From Candidatus Bathyarchaeota archaeon (lineage in GTDB: Archaea > Thermoproteota > Bathyarchaeia > Bathyarchaeales > Bathycorpusculaceae): a DNA stretch of 64,000 nucleotides. The DNA is taken from contig OY970280.1 in NCBI GenBank assembly GCA_963715865.1, forward strand, positions 576,001 to 640,000, read 5' to 3'. The translations under genes were made by a program, and so were the position numbers. Shown here in pieces: positions 25,922 through 36,799 of the stretch. Within the stretch, counting starts at the first letter, position 1. The number at the start of each line of letters is the position of its first letter. Below the pieces are notes generated by a model. That model worked only from the letters and a program-made list of their open reading frames with translations, was not told where the DNA came from and searched no databases.

Positions 25922-26566
25922 ATGTCACAAAATAATACAGCTAGCCAATTAGTCCTTAAAGGAACAACTACAATAGGCGTCGTCTGCAAAGATGGCGTAA
26001 TATTAGCTTCAGACACCCGAGTAACCATGGGCTTTTTCGTCGCTCACAAATTCGGGAAAAAAGTCTACAAAATAGATGATCATTTGGGCATGACAATTGC
26101 CGGAACCGTCGCAGATGCCCAAAGAGTCGTGGATATACTTACGGCTAACGCGCAACTCTACAAGATTGACAAGAACAGGCCAATGCCAGTCAGCGCAGCT
26201 GCCAGGCTTGTTGCTAACTTGCTGTTTTCCGCACGTTACCTGCCTTTAGCAACACAGGTTCTAGTCGGCGGCATAGATGACACTGGACCGCACGTGTACA
26301 ATCTAGACCCGTTCGGAAGCTTAATGGAGGAAAAGTCGGTTTCAACTGGTTCAGGTTCACCAATCGCTTATGGTATACTCGAGGATAAGTACCGTGAAGG
26401 CATGACCCTTGCTGAGTTGCTGCCAACGGTTGTTAAAGCTGTTAATGCGGCTATGAAGCGGGATGTTGCAAGCGGCAACAGTTACAATATCACGGTAATC
26501 GACAAAAAGGGTTACCGAGAATTATCAGACGAAGAAAAAAGTAAACTTCTCAAAGCAGGAAGTTAA
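25922..26566 (+). CDS. psmB: Proteasome beta subunit
   Basis: Propeptide then KG/TTTIG, GSGS, RDVASG; start taken at ATG 25,922. Confidence 0.95.
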   Translation: MSQNNTASQLVLKGTTTIGVVCKDGVILASDTRVTMGFFVAHKFGKKVYKIDDHLGMTIAGTVADAQRVVDILTANAQLYKIDKNRPMPVSAAARLVANLLFSARYLPLATQVLVGGIDDTGPHVYNLDPFGSLMEEKSVSTGSGSPIAYGILEDKYREGMTLAELLPTVVKAVNAAMKRDVASGNSYNITVIDKKGYRELSDEEKSKLLKAGS

Positions 26567-26571
26567 ACACT

Positions 26572-28497
26572 GTGGCGCGCACCCAAGAAAAAGAAAAAGA
26601 CAAGATAGAAATTAGCCAATACATTTTGGAAAAAGTTCCAAGAGAGGCAGAAGTAACCAGAATCGAATACGAAGGACCCATGCTAGCGGTTTACACAAAG
26701 AAACCTGAGATTTTAGTTGACCAAAGCAGCATAGTGGCAGAAATCGTCGGTGTGATTCGCAAAAGAATAGTCATTCGCCCCGACCCTTCAGTTAGAACAC
26801 CAGAAATTGAAGCCGAAAAAATCGCTCGTGAACTAATCCCTCCTGAAGCCGAAATCACCGACATAAACTTTGACCCAAGCCTTGGCGAAATAATAATTGA
26901 AACAAAAAAGCCCGGCTTGGTGATTGGAAGAAACGGCGCTGTTTTGCAGGAAATTATAAAGAAAACCAAGTGGCGCCCCCATGTTTTGCGGAGTCCACCG
27001 ATTAAGTCGAAGATTGTTACTCACATGCGGCATTATCTTCACTCGGAAAGCAAAGAGCGAGAAAGAATCCTTCGCACTGTTGGCGAGAGAATCTTTAGAC
27101 CAAAAATTTACGATGTCGGCGACATCCGAATGACTGTTCTCGGTGGAGCACAAGAAGTTGGTCGCTCAGCCTTTCTAGTTAAAACACGCGAAAGCAGCGT
27201 ACTCTTAGACTGCGGCATTAACCCTGGTTCAAATCGGCCTTTTGAAGCGTTCCCACGCTTTGATTCGCCAGAATTCCAGATTGATTCTTTGGATGCTGTG
27301 GTTATTAGTCATGCTCACCTTGACCATTGCGGTTTAGCGCCGTTCCTATACAAGTATGGTTATGACGGACCAATTTACTGTACTGCGCCAACTTCAAATT
27401 TGATGACCATGCTGCAGTTGGATTATTTGGACGTAGCCAGCAAACAGGGCGTTACTCCATATTATGACCAAAAGGACGTGCGTGAGTGCGTTTTGCACAC
27501 GATTCCGCTTAGGTACGGTGTTGTCACCGACATTGCACCCGATATTCGCCTGACTTTACATAATTCAGGTCATATTTTGGGGGGTGCAATGGTTCACCTG
27601 CACATTGGCGAAGGCTTACATAACATTGTTTACACGAGTGACTACAAGTTTGCGAGAACTATGCTGTTGGAAGCTGCAGCAACGGAGTTTCCGCGCATTG
27701 AAACAGTGATTACTGAGAGCACTTATGGTGGAGCAGAAGATTTTATGCCTTCCAGGGTTGAAGCTGAAGAAGCTATGACACGCGTCATTAACCAAACTTT
27801 GGAACGCAAAGGCAAAGTCCTAATTCCAGTGCCAGCCGTTGGCAGAGCTCAAGAAATCATGCTTATCATCGACGGTTACATGAAGCGCGGCTTAATGAAG
27901 GAAGCCCCAGTTTTCATCGAAGGCATGATTAGCGAAGCTACAGCCATTCATACCGCCTACCCAGAATACTTGGGCAGGGAAGTCCGCCACAGCATTCTAC
28001 ATGAAGGAATTAACCCATTCCAAAGTGACTACTTCACCATCGTGGAGCACCCGAGCGTTAGGCAAAGCATTATGGAAGGGGAACCATGCATTGTTTTGGC
28101 TACTTCAGGCATGCTTGAGGGTGGACCAGTAATAGAGTACTTCAAGAACTGGGCTGGCGACGAGAGGAACACGATAATTTTTGTCAGTTACCAGATTGAA
28201 GGCACCATGGGCAAAAGAGTCCAAAAAGGCGTTGGTGAAGTAACAATGATGGACAATGAAGGCAAAATGGCAGCGATACAGGTTAAAATGAAGGTAGAAT
28301 CAATTGAAGGATTTTCAGGTCACTCAGACAGGCGGCAACTGGTTAATTATTTGACTCATCTTACACCTAAGCCTGAGCGAATCTTTGTTTGCCATGGAGA
28401 AAAACAGAAGACTATAAACTTTGCTAACTACTTGGATAACAAGTTAGGCATTAACACCGTTGTTCCTGCAATTCTAGAAACTTTTAGGCTGCTGTAG
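26572..28497 (+). CDS. fttA: aCPSF1/FttA: KH-domain beta-CASP ribonuclease
   Basis: KH motif KPGLVIG, SHAHLDH, GHILG, FSGHSD, HGE. Confidence 0.93.
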   Translation: MARTQEKEKDKIEISQYILEKVPREAEVTRIEYEGPMLAVYTKKPEILVDQSSIVAEIVGVIRKRIVIRPDPSVRTPEIEAEKIARELIPPEAEITDINFDPSLGEIIIETKKPGLVIGRNGAVLQEIIKKTKWRPHVLRSPPIKSKIVTHMRHYLHSESKERERILRTVGERIFRPKIYDVGDIRMTVLGGAQEVGRSAFLVKTRESSVLLDCGINPGSNRPFEAFPRFDSPEFQIDSLDAVVISHAHLDHCGLAPFLYKYGYDGPIYCTAPTSNLMTMLQLDYLDVASKQGVTPYYDQKDVRECVLHTIPLRYGVVTDIAPDIRLTLHNSGHILGGAMVHLHIGEGLHNIVYTSDYKFARTMLLEAAATEFPRIETVITESTYGGAEDFMPSRVEAEEAMTRVINQTLERKGKVLIPVPAVGRAQEIMLIIDGYMKRGLMKEAPVFIEGMISEATAIHTAYPEYLGREVRHSILHEGINPFQSDYFTIVEHPSVRQSIMEGEPCIVLATSGMLEGGPVIEYFKNWAGDERNTIIFVSYQIEGTMGKRVQKGVGEVTMMDNEGKMAAIQVKMKVESIEGFSGHSDRRQLVNYLTHLTPKPERIFVCHGEKQKTINFANYLDNKLGINTVVPAILETFRLL

Positions 28498-28972
28498 GCA
28501 AAGGCTCATTTGAAACTGGCGTTTTTTCCCGCCAAATCCTAATATTTTTTGGACAAATAACCACTCGCTCTTCACCTAGACGTGCAATGTCGCCGCCGAT
28601 GGATTCTGTAAAGTCATAGAGTTCGTTTACCGCGCTTTTTACGTCGTCGATACTTTTATTTGCAAGAGGAGTAACTCGGAGAATGATTATGTTTCCGTTT
28701 TTAACTTCGTTTTTTATATTTTCTATGTCGGTTAGTTCTTTTAGAGGCATGGCTTTTAGGTAGGTTTTGTTCAGGGTTTCAGCGACTTCTTGTTTCTGCT
28801 CTTCCCGGGGCTCAACGGTTTCTTGTGCAGGTGCCGGTTGCTGAGGAGCGGTTGCTTCTTGTTTCGGTTCCTCGGAGACGGCAGTTGTTTCTTCTTTGGG
28901 TTCTTCAGGAGGCACGGCTGGTTTTTCTGGTTCAGGTTGTTGTTTGGATTTGCGGAATAGGCTGAATTTCAT
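28484..28972 (-). CDS. sepF: Cell division protein SepF
   Basis: C-terminal NGNIIILRVTPL...GGDIARLGEERVVICP. Confidence 0.85.
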   Translation of the reverse strand: MKFSLFRKSKQQPEPEKPAVPPEEPKEETTAVSEEPKQEATAPQQPAPAQETVEPREEQKQEVAETLNKTYLKAMPLKELTDIENIKNEVKNGNIIILRVTPLANKSIDDVKSAVNELYDFTESIGGDIARLGEERVVICPKNIRIWREKTPVSNEPLPTAA

Positions 28973-29140
28973 TTTCCTCTCTCAACCACATATTATTAGG
29001 GTTGCAACAGTTAAGCGTTTCTTTAACTGAATCCTAAATGGTAATACGCGTGAATATTTTATTTATGTTTTACTAATCTGTATTAGCAATCACAGGTTGA
29101 CTGAAAAGGGCAAAGGCGAGGCTTTGGCGTTTTTACTTAC

Positions 29141-29509
29141 TTATGCTAAGAGAATTATAAGATTATTTGCAACTACTATAACTAGAAATGCAAGGATACC
29201 AGCATAGGCAACTTTCAAAAATTTGCAAGAATATTTGAAGGATTTCGTGCTTTTATTTTGAGTTTTCATAAGGGTTTTGTTCGCCAAAATATATGTAAAA
29301 GCTATGAGTATCGTCGCTGCAAGCTTGATCACTAAAAAGGCTCCAATGTTTGTGCTAACTATGCCTGCCATGAAGGGGTTTAACTCGGCAGCTCCAAAGT
29401 ATAGAACGCCTATAACGGTGGTTAAGCAGTCTATGGAGCCCATGAAGATAAGAAGAAAACTTGTAAGTGACTCTCTCCTCAGCATGTATACGCCTTCTCC
29501 CTTATTCAT
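29141..29509 (-). CDS. Membrane protein (DUF5658-like)
   Basis: DxLTT...G...ELNP motif and transmembrane helices. Confidence 0.7.
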   Translation of the reverse strand: MNKGEGVYMLRRESLTSFLLIFMGSIDCLTTVIGVLYFGAAELNPFMAGIVSTNIGAFLVIKLAATILIAFTYILANKTLMKTQNKSTKSFKYSCKFLKVAYAGILAFLVIVVANNLIILLA

Positions 29510-29703
29510 CAGGCGATTATGATATAGTTAAGTCTTTATGAGTTAAGCTTGCCGTTCTCGATATATTCCAAATTGCAAAACATGCGCTATTTTTATGCGA
29601 TAGTTGTCAAGAGTTAGAGAGCTATTGAAGGCAAAAAGACACAGCATCTTCGCATAAGCCTTATATTTTAAATGTTAAACCTTCTTGCTGGAAGGATTTA
29701 GGC

Positions 29704-30783
29704 ATGCACAAGAAACTCTTGATTCCTGGCCCAACAGAAGTCAGCCAAGAAATACTTAATGAGCAAACTCATCCTCTTATAGGTCACAGAGATAAAGAAT
29801 TCTCAGACTTATATGGTGGAATAACCGCTAAACTAAGCAAATACTTCGAGTTACCTGCAGATTTCAAACCCACAGTCACCACTTCCTCAGGCACACTTTG
29901 GTTTGACATTATCGGAAGAAGCATCGTAAAACAAAAAGCGTTAGCATGCATAAACGGCGCTTTCTCTCAACGATGCGCTGAAACCCTACGTGCATGCGGC
30001 AAAAACACTGATTTCTTAGAAGTTGAATGGGGCAAAGCCGTCAAACCGGAAATGATAGCTGAAAAACTTGACAGCGGCGAATATGACACATTAACAGTAT
30101 GCCACAACGAATCCTCCACAGGTGTAAGAAACCCAATAAGCGAAATAGGCAAACTTGTACGCAAAAAATACCCAAACATAATCTACGCAATCGACGCTGT
30201 TTCCTCAATGGCAGGAGACAAAACACTACCCCGAGAAATCGGCTGCGACATAATTTTTGCTTCAACACAAAAATGCTTCGCTCTGCCACCAGGATTAACC
30301 GTTGCATTAGTTAACGACCGAGCAATTGAGAGAGCTAAAGAAGTTCCAATCAGAGGCACATACACGGATTTGGTTGAAATCTTCGAGTTTGAGAAAAAAC
30401 ATCAAACACCCTTCACCCCATGCATCCCCTTACTCTACGCTTTGAATAAACGCATGGATCTTTTGCTGGAAGAAACATACGACCATGTTTACCAGCGCCA
30501 CATGGAAATGGCTCAGTATACACAGCAATGGGCAAAAAAACATTTTGAAATGTTCTCTGAATCAGGCTACGAATCAATAACCGTAAGCTGCATAAAAAAC
30601 ACACTTGGCAAAAGCGTTAAAGAACTCAACCAGAAGCTCGGTGAGAAAGGCTACATGATATCCAACGGTTACGGGAAACTAGCTGAGAAAACCTTCCGCA
30701 TCGGACACATGGGCGAATGGAACCTAGCAGGAATCAAAGAAGTCATAAGCCTAATTGATTCGATTTGGGGATTAAAAACGTGA
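29704..30783 (+). CDS. Class V PLP aminotransferase (SerC-like or serine-pyruvate)
   Basis: IPGPTEV, HNESSTG, DAVSS, STQKCF, FRIGHMG. Confidence 0.9.
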   Translation: MHKKLLIPGPTEVSQEILNEQTHPLIGHRDKEFSDLYGGITAKLSKYFELPADFKPTVTTSSGTLWFDIIGRSIVKQKALACINGAFSQRCAETLRACGKNTDFLEVEWGKAVKPEMIAEKLDSGEYDTLTVCHNESSTGVRNPISEIGKLVRKKYPNIIYAIDAVSSMAGDKTLPREIGCDIIFASTQKCFALPPGLTVALVNDRAIERAKEVPIRGTYTDLVEIFEFEKKHQTPFTPCIPLLYALNKRMDLLLEETYDHVYQRHMEMAQYTQQWAKKHFEMFSESGYESITVSCIKNTLGKSVKELNQKLGEKGYMISNGYGKLAEKTFRIGHMGEWNLAGIKEVISLIDSIWGLKT

Positions 30784-31679
30784 CATTCAAAATCCTCATA
30801 AGCGACAAAATATTCGAAGAAGGTATAAAACTTCTCGAAGAAAAAGGCTACCAAGTCACACGAGCATGGGATACTCCAAAATCCGAACTTCCCAAAATAA
30901 TAGCTGACTATGACGTATTAATCGTAAGGTCAGCAACCAAAGTTAAAGGAGAACTATTAGATAACGCAAAAAAACTCAAAGTAATCGGACGTGCAGGTGA
31001 AGGCTTAGACAACATTGACTTCAAAAAAGCCAACTCCCTCGGCATCGCCTTGGTAAACACTCCGCATGTTTCCTACATGAGTGTTGCAGAATTAACAATA
31101 GGTCACTTACTGGCGCTTGCAAGAGGCATCGTGCAAGGAACTGTAAGTTTGCGTGAGGGAAAATGGGAAAAAGAAAAATTAATTGGAACAGAAGTCAACG
31201 GCAAAACTATTGGAATTATCGGTTGTGGCTACATTGGAAAAACAGTTGAACGCTTAGCCATATCATTGGGCATGAAAGTACTCGCCGTTGAAGAATGCGT
31301 CTATGACCGGTTTGTGCCCCTAGCTGAAATGTTGCCACAAGCAGACTTCATCACAATCCACGTGCCCTTAACGCCTCACACTAAGCACATGATTTCCACA
31401 AAAGAGTTTAACATGATGAAAGACGGCGTAATGCTAATTGACTGTTCCCGCGGTGGAGTAGTTGACCAAGAAGCACTTTACCAAGCATTAGTGTCAGGAA
31501 AAGTTAAAGGTGCAGCATTGGACGTTTTCGAGGATGAACCGCCGAAAAACAGCAAATTATTAACGCTAAACAATGTGATTGCTACGCCGCATGTTGGTGC
31601 TCAAACATATGAAGCCCAGTTAAAGGCAAGTGTACAAATAGCTAAAAGAGTTATAGAAGCGCTGGAAAAAACACCTTGA
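30780..31679 (+). CDS. serA: D-3-phosphoglycerate dehydrogenase (no ACT domain)
   Basis: IVRSATKV, GIIGCGYIG, HVPL, TPHVGAQT; GTG start overlapping the upstream stop. Confidence 0.85.
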   Translation: MTFKILISDKIFEEGIKLLEEKGYQVTRAWDTPKSELPKIIADYDVLIVRSATKVKGELLDNAKKLKVIGRAGEGLDNIDFKKANSLGIALVNTPHVSYMSVAELTIGHLLALARGIVQGTVSLREGKWEKEKLIGTEVNGKTIGIIGCGYIGKTVERLAISLGMKVLAVEECVYDRFVPLAEMLPQADFITIHVPLTPHTKHMISTKEFNMMKDGVMLIDCSRGGVVDQEALYQALVSGKVKGAALDVFEDEPPKNSKLLTLNNVIATPHVGAQTYEAQLKASVQIAKRVIEALEKTP

Positions 31680-31689
31680 GCTGAAACGT

Positions 31690-32967
31690 TTGGTAGACAT
31701 TAGACCCTTCAAAGCCATACGGTACACGCAAAAAGCTGGTAATCCAGAGAACCTCATAACTCAACCGTACGATAAAATAGATGCTGAAATGCAAAAAGAA
31801 TACTACCAGAAATCACCGTACAATTATTGCCGACTGATTCTGCCAATGGAAGAAAACAAGTACCAAGTGGCGCAACAGCGGATTCAGCAGTGGCTAAAAG
31901 AAGGCATATTAGCCAAGGAAACTGAACCAGCAGTTTTCGTTTCACGCCAAGAATTCACCTTGGACGGCAAAAAATTCGAGCGCACAGGATTAATCGCTGC
32001 CTTGCGCCTTTACGATTACAGCGAAAACATGGTGTTTCCACACGAAATCACTTACAAAGCACCAAAAGCTGACCGGTTAAACATGCTTCGCACCGTCCAA
32101 AAAGACCTTGAACCAGTGTTTCTGATTTATTCGGACCACGAAAGAAAAACCCTCGCTTTCCTGCAGGAAGTAGCGAAGACAAAACCAATAATCCAAGTTA
32201 CTGACTCATTGCAAGTTAAGCATACCGTTTGGAGAGTTACTGACCCACAAAAAATAAAGCAACTGCAAGCAAACCTAAGCAGCAAAACCATGGTAATAAC
32301 TGACGGACACCACAGGTACGAAAGCGCATTGGCTTACCGAGACGAAATGCGCAGCAAAGGAAATTGGACAGCGGATTCAGCGTTTAATTTTCACATGTGC
32401 TACGTGGTTCCAGTTCAAGAGGAAGGGCTTGTTGTTTTGCCCACGCACAGGCTTCTCAAAGAATTCAAGTTAACTGATCAAGTTTTGCAAGGGCTCAAAC
32501 GCTTCTTTGACGTTTCAGAAATAAAGCCGACTGTAGAATCCTTAGAGGATTTCTTGAAAAGCCATGTTAATGAGCATGCTTTCTGCGTTTATGATGGCTT
32601 GAAAGCTTACGGTTTATCGCTAAAGCATGACAAAAGCGTTTATGATTTTGTGAACGCTAACGTTTCTAAAGAGACAAAAATTTTCGATGTAGTAATACTT
32701 CGAGACATCGTTTTCAAACATATTTTGAAAACAGGGCAATTGAACATGGATGAAAATATCCTTTACGTGCGGTGGACAAAGGAAGCGGTGGATAAAGTTA
32801 ACCGTGGAGAAGCCAGCATCGCATTTCTGGTTAACCCGATAAGCGCCCAAACCGTTGCAGAGATAGCACAGCAGCATGAATTGTTGCCTGAGAAAAGCAC
32901 GGATTTTTATCCCAAGATGGTCTCTGGGCTTATGATGATGGATATTTCTGTAAGCGAGAAACTTTAA
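31690..32967 (+). CDS. DUF1015 family protein (serA-associated)
   Basis: PYDKID, PHE, ITDGHHRYE, KSTDFYPK. Confidence 0.88.
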   Translation: MVDIRPFKAIRYTQKAGNPENLITQPYDKIDAEMQKEYYQKSPYNYCRLILPMEENKYQVAQQRIQQWLKEGILAKETEPAVFVSRQEFTLDGKKFERTGLIAALRLYDYSENMVFPHEITYKAPKADRLNMLRTVQKDLEPVFLIYSDHERKTLAFLQEVAKTKPIIQVTDSLQVKHTVWRVTDPQKIKQLQANLSSKTMVITDGHHRYESALAYRDEMRSKGNWTADSAFNFHMCYVVPVQEEGLVVLPTHRLLKEFKLTDQVLQGLKRFFDVSEIKPTVESLEDFLKSHVNEHAFCVYDGLKAYGLSLKHDKSVYDFVNANVSKETKIFDVVILRDIVFKHILKTGQLNMDENILYVRWTKEAVDKVNRGEASIAFLVNPISAQTVAEIAQQHELLPEKSTDFYPKMVSGLMMMDISVSEKL

Positions 32968-33025
32968 GCTAAGCTTTTTGCAGGGAAACTATTATAAGCG
33001 CTAACTTAGAAAGCAGAGAGCCAAA

Positions 33026-33769
33026 TTGGAAAAGGAGAAAGAGAGTTTGGGTGAAGTAGAAAAAACAATAAACGAGATACGTGAACCACCGCCAGCGACG
33101 CCTCAAATTGATCCTATGAAAAAATACGTTGCTGAACTGATTGGAACAATGGTGCTGGTGCTGATGGGCTGCGGCAGTGCAGTTATTGCAGGTTACTACA
33201 TTCAAAACGTGGGAGTGGCTTTTGCTTTCGGTCTTGCCGTGTTAGCTATGGTTTACACGATAGGCAGCATTTCTGGATGTCACATAAACCCCGCCATTTC
33301 AATTTCAATGTTGGTTGCTGGAAAACTAAGCATAAAAGATACGGTATTTTACGTTGTTTTTCAGTGCGTGGGCGCAATAATTGGTGCAGGCATACTTTAC
33401 GCGATAGTTATAGGAAACTCAGGGTATGATTTGGCAGTTAATGGCTTGGGTGCGAACAGTTATTCCACTTATTCTTTAGCGTCTGTATTCATTGCTGAAA
33501 TAGTTTTAACCTTCATATTCGTGCTTGTCGTTCACGGTTCAACCCATGAAAGGGTACCTAAAGGATTTGCGGGATTATCTATTGGCTTAACCTTAGTGAT
33601 GATTCATCTTGTAGCAATACCTATAGATGGCACTTCAGTGAACCCTGCGAGAAGTTTGGGACCAGCGCTTTTTGTCGGCGGTACAGCGTTGACTCAGCTT
33701 TGGGTCTTTTGGGTGGCTCCGATAATTGGCGGAATCTTAGCTGCTGTTGTCTGGAAACTCTTCAAGTAA
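33026..33769 (+). CDS. aqpZ: Aquaporin (MIP family)
   Basis: Two NPA motifs (HINPA, SVNPAR). Confidence 0.92.
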   Translation: MEKEKESLGEVEKTINEIREPPPATPQIDPMKKYVAELIGTMVLVLMGCGSAVIAGYYIQNVGVAFAFGLAVLAMVYTIGSISGCHINPAISISMLVAGKLSIKDTVFYVVFQCVGAIIGAGILYAIVIGNSGYDLAVNGLGANSYSTYSLASVFIAEIVLTFIFVLVVHGSTHERVPKGFAGLSIGLTLVMIHLVAIPIDGTSVNPARSLGPALFVGGTALTQLWVFWVAPIIGGILAAVVWKLFK

Positions 33770-34141
33770 ACCTAAAAAACAACTAATCCCTTTCTTTTTT
33801 GTTTGTGACAATATTATTTGACGAATTTTGTGGCGTGCCTCTTGAATCTTTTCTTGCAAACAAGGCTGCAGAAATGGTAGGTTTCACCCTCATAAGTGAT
33901 TTTGAATTTAGCTGTATTTTCGTCAAGAACCATGCCGCAAACAGGGTCTCTAAACATTATTTGTTTTAATGCCTCATGCATGATTCTACTTTCTGCCTAT
34001 TATGATTAGCGGTGGCGAAAGTTTAAAGCATCGAGGCTCTTGTGCTCGGAGCAGTCTGATACCTCCCTTATTCAAAGTAGAAGAAAGTGGAAGTAAGTTG
34101 ACGTGCAAGCTCTCTTATTGGTTAATGGTTTAGCTGGTTGG

Positions 34142-34453
34142 TTAATCGTCTTCCGCGTCTTCCTTCGCTAATTCAACCGAAATTGTATCGTCGTGGCTGA
34201 CGGCTTTTTTTCGTGTTTCTTTCTTGCTTGGCGGTTCCTGTTCTCTTCCTCTCATGAATCCTTCTTCGGCTGCGCTGATTTCGTCCTCATCTAGCATTTG
34301 TTCTCTTTCCTGTGTGTCGTATATGTCTTCAGTTTCGTCTTCTGTTTTGTCTTTCGGTTCTCCGGTGTAGATGTAGGGTTGGGGCTTTTTTCTTGTTTTG
34401 CTCATTTTTTCTTTAACCTCTCTAATTGCTGGAAAAATTTTTGACTTAAACAA
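34142..34453 (-). CDS. Small acidic hypothetical protein
   Basis: Highly charged 103-aa ORF. Confidence 0.55.
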   Translation of the reverse strand: MFKSKIFPAIREVKEKMSKTRKKPQPYIYTGEPKDKTEDETEDIYDTQEREQMLDEDEISAAEEGFMRGREQEPPSKKETRKKAVSHDDTISVELAKEDAEDD

Positions 34454-34480
34454 ACTATAACTTCGAATTACTTTTATGAC

Positions 34481-34508
34481 TATGTGACTGAGCTCAGACA
34501 GTCACATA
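34481..34508. promoter_or_regulatory. Perfect 10-bp inverted repeat with an 8-nt spacer (operator candidate)
   Basis: TATGTGACTG-agctcaga-CAGTCACATA between divergent genes. Confidence 0.5.
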
Positions 34509-34816
34509 CATCGGCACAAAAAAGTTGGTGCTAAATCTAAAATGGATAACAATAGTCACTCAAACTATTTTTCATGTGCATAATACTCTTGATTGTAAAA
34601 ATAACATAATTACAAAAATATGCCCTTTCTAACTGCAAATTACCCGTCTTTGAAGAAAACCTAACTTTTAACGTACTCTTTTGCCTGAAATTGTGCTAAA
34701 CCTTTTTATACACCAAACCCGACTGTTGGGGTGTCACATTAACTCATGTATCACAAAGCTCCTGAAGCTTTTAGAGAAATCATGAAAAAGTTCTGTGGCA
34801 GGAGAAAAAATAATAT

Positions 34817-35968
34817 ATGCAAATTCAATCATTTAAGGACTTTCCCTTAACTGGGGAAATCCTCAGAAGTATAGAAGAACTTGGGTTTGAGAGTCTTTTT
34901 CCAATTCAAGCTCAAGCAATAATGCCGTTGCTTGAAGGCAAAGATGTCATCGGGCAAGCGCAAACGGGAACAGGCAAAACAGCCGCTTTCGGCGTTCCCA
35001 TGGTTCAACGGTTAAACCGTGAAATCCGCGGTGTTCAAGGCTTGATTTTAGTGCCAACCCGCGAATTAGCCGTGCAAGTAGCCGAACACATGGCGTGTTT
35101 CGCAAAATACGCTAGACTGAAAGTTTTAGCCGTTTACGGCGGAGAATCAATCAACAAGCAAATACACGCCCTATCAAGCGGTGTTCATATTGTTGTCGGC
35201 ACACCTGGCAGATTAATCGACCTCATGGAAAGGCGAGTGCTAAACCTCTCATCCGTCCGCATAGTGGTTCTTGACGAAGCAGACAGAATGCTTGATATGG
35301 GCTTCATAGAAGACATCGAGCTTATTCTTTCGAAAATACCGTCAGATAGGCAAACTAGCCTTTGGTCAGCAACCATAGATCAATCAGTAATGAAAGTATG
35401 CAACAAATACATGAAAAACCCGCAGAAAATCCTTGTCAGCAAAGACGAAATCGCACTAACACAAATGAAACAGTTCTACACAGTCGTCAATCAACACGGA
35501 AAGTTCGAAGCCCTATGTACCATTCTTCATAGCGACCAAGTGGATAAAGCCATCATTTTCTGTCGAACTCGCAGAGAAACAAGCCGGCTCGCTGACCAAC
35601 TCTACCGCAAAGGTTGCCGAGTACAAGCGCTGCACGCTGGCTTTACCCAAGCGCAGAGAGACCGCGCAATCAACGACTTCCGCTCGGACAGACTCAACCT
35701 CCTAGTAGCAACGGACGTTGCCGCAAGAGGCTTAGACATTCAAGGCATAACCCACATAATCAACTATGATGTGCCGATGGATGCGCTAGTATATTTCCAC
35801 CGCATAGGCAGAACTGCACGCAAAGGAGAAGAAGGCACAGCCATAACACTGGTAAGCTACGGTGAAATGTCAGACTTCAACAACATCAAAGCCCTGACCA
35901 AAACAAAAATTCAAGAAATCAAATCAGCAACCGCCGAAGACGACTCACCCATTAAGAGTTTCTTTTAA
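34817..35968 (+). CDS. DEAD-box RNA helicase
   Basis: Q motif, AQTGTGKT, PTRELA, DEAD, SAT, ARGLD, HRIGRTAR. Confidence 0.95.
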   Translation: MQIQSFKDFPLTGEILRSIEELGFESLFPIQAQAIMPLLEGKDVIGQAQTGTGKTAAFGVPMVQRLNREIRGVQGLILVPTRELAVQVAEHMACFAKYARLKVLAVYGGESINKQIHALSSGVHIVVGTPGRLIDLMERRVLNLSSVRIVVLDEADRMLDMGFIEDIELILSKIPSDRQTSLWSATIDQSVMKVCNKYMKNPQKILVSKDEIALTQMKQFYTVVNQHGKFEALCTILHSDQVDKAIIFCRTRRETSRLADQLYRKGCRVQALHAGFTQAQRDRAINDFRSDRLNLLVATDVAARGLDIQGITHIINYDVPMDALVYFHRIGRTARKGEEGTAITLVSYGEMSDFNNIKALTKTKIQEIKSATAEDDSPIKSFF

Positions 35969-36501
35969 ACTATCAACCTCTCAACTGGGAGAGGCTTGAC
36001 TCTTAATTCTAATAGTTGGCGTTTTCTTTTTTTGAAATAGTAAAGTAAGCCTACAACGGCAACAGCAAACGTTGCAGAGGAAAACTCTGGTTCAGAACGC
36101 AAGCCAAAGCAAACAAAAACTAATTTTTTCTTGCCTTTTTCCGTTCATACCAAAAATCATACGGCCTAAAGAAACAGTAGGCAACAATTAGTAATCCAAC
36201 GTAGAGAGCCACAGTCACAAGTGCAACGTTAACGTTGTTCAGTTGCTAAACTCTTCCATTTCAATCGTTGGTTTTGCTGGAAATAAAAAAACTTAGCTAT
36301 GCTCATAGAATGCTCTCAGTATGCTCCTAGTGTTTGCAGAAATTGACACATTTATGTTAATTTGCTATGGTTTCAGATGGGATTAGGAAATAGTCGTGAT
36401 TAAACTAAACAAAAATGACTTAAAAGGTGCTTGCGATGTTGCGTAAAATCTTCATGTAAATATTATGAAGCGTTATTATTTCTTTTTGCCCATGAAAACT
36501 C

Positions 36502-36714
36502 ATGCCAAGGCGAAACAGGGCACTTTCCATTATGGCGATGCCAATAGCGATTCTCTTATTTTTTATTGGATGGAGTCTCTATTGGATAGGGCCCAAAAAA
36601 GAACCGCGCAGACACAAAGTTAAGTTACCTGGTCAAAAAGAACTCGCCTTCATTGTGCCAATACTAGAACAGCAGCATGCTATCATCCACCTATCCCCTC
36701 AATGTATGCAGTAA
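36502..36714 (+). CDS. Small membrane protein
   Basis: One transmembrane helix in a 70-aa ORF. Confidence 0.45.
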   Translation: MPRRNRALSIMAMPIAILLFFIGWSLYWIGPKKEPRRHKVKLPGQKELAFIVPILEQQHAIIHLSPQCMQ

Positions 36715-36799
36715 CAAAGCGAGCAGACGAAAAGTAACACCTAAACGGAACAAAAACAGAGGTAACAGAACCTATTAATCTTTTCTGAGTTGATAACCG

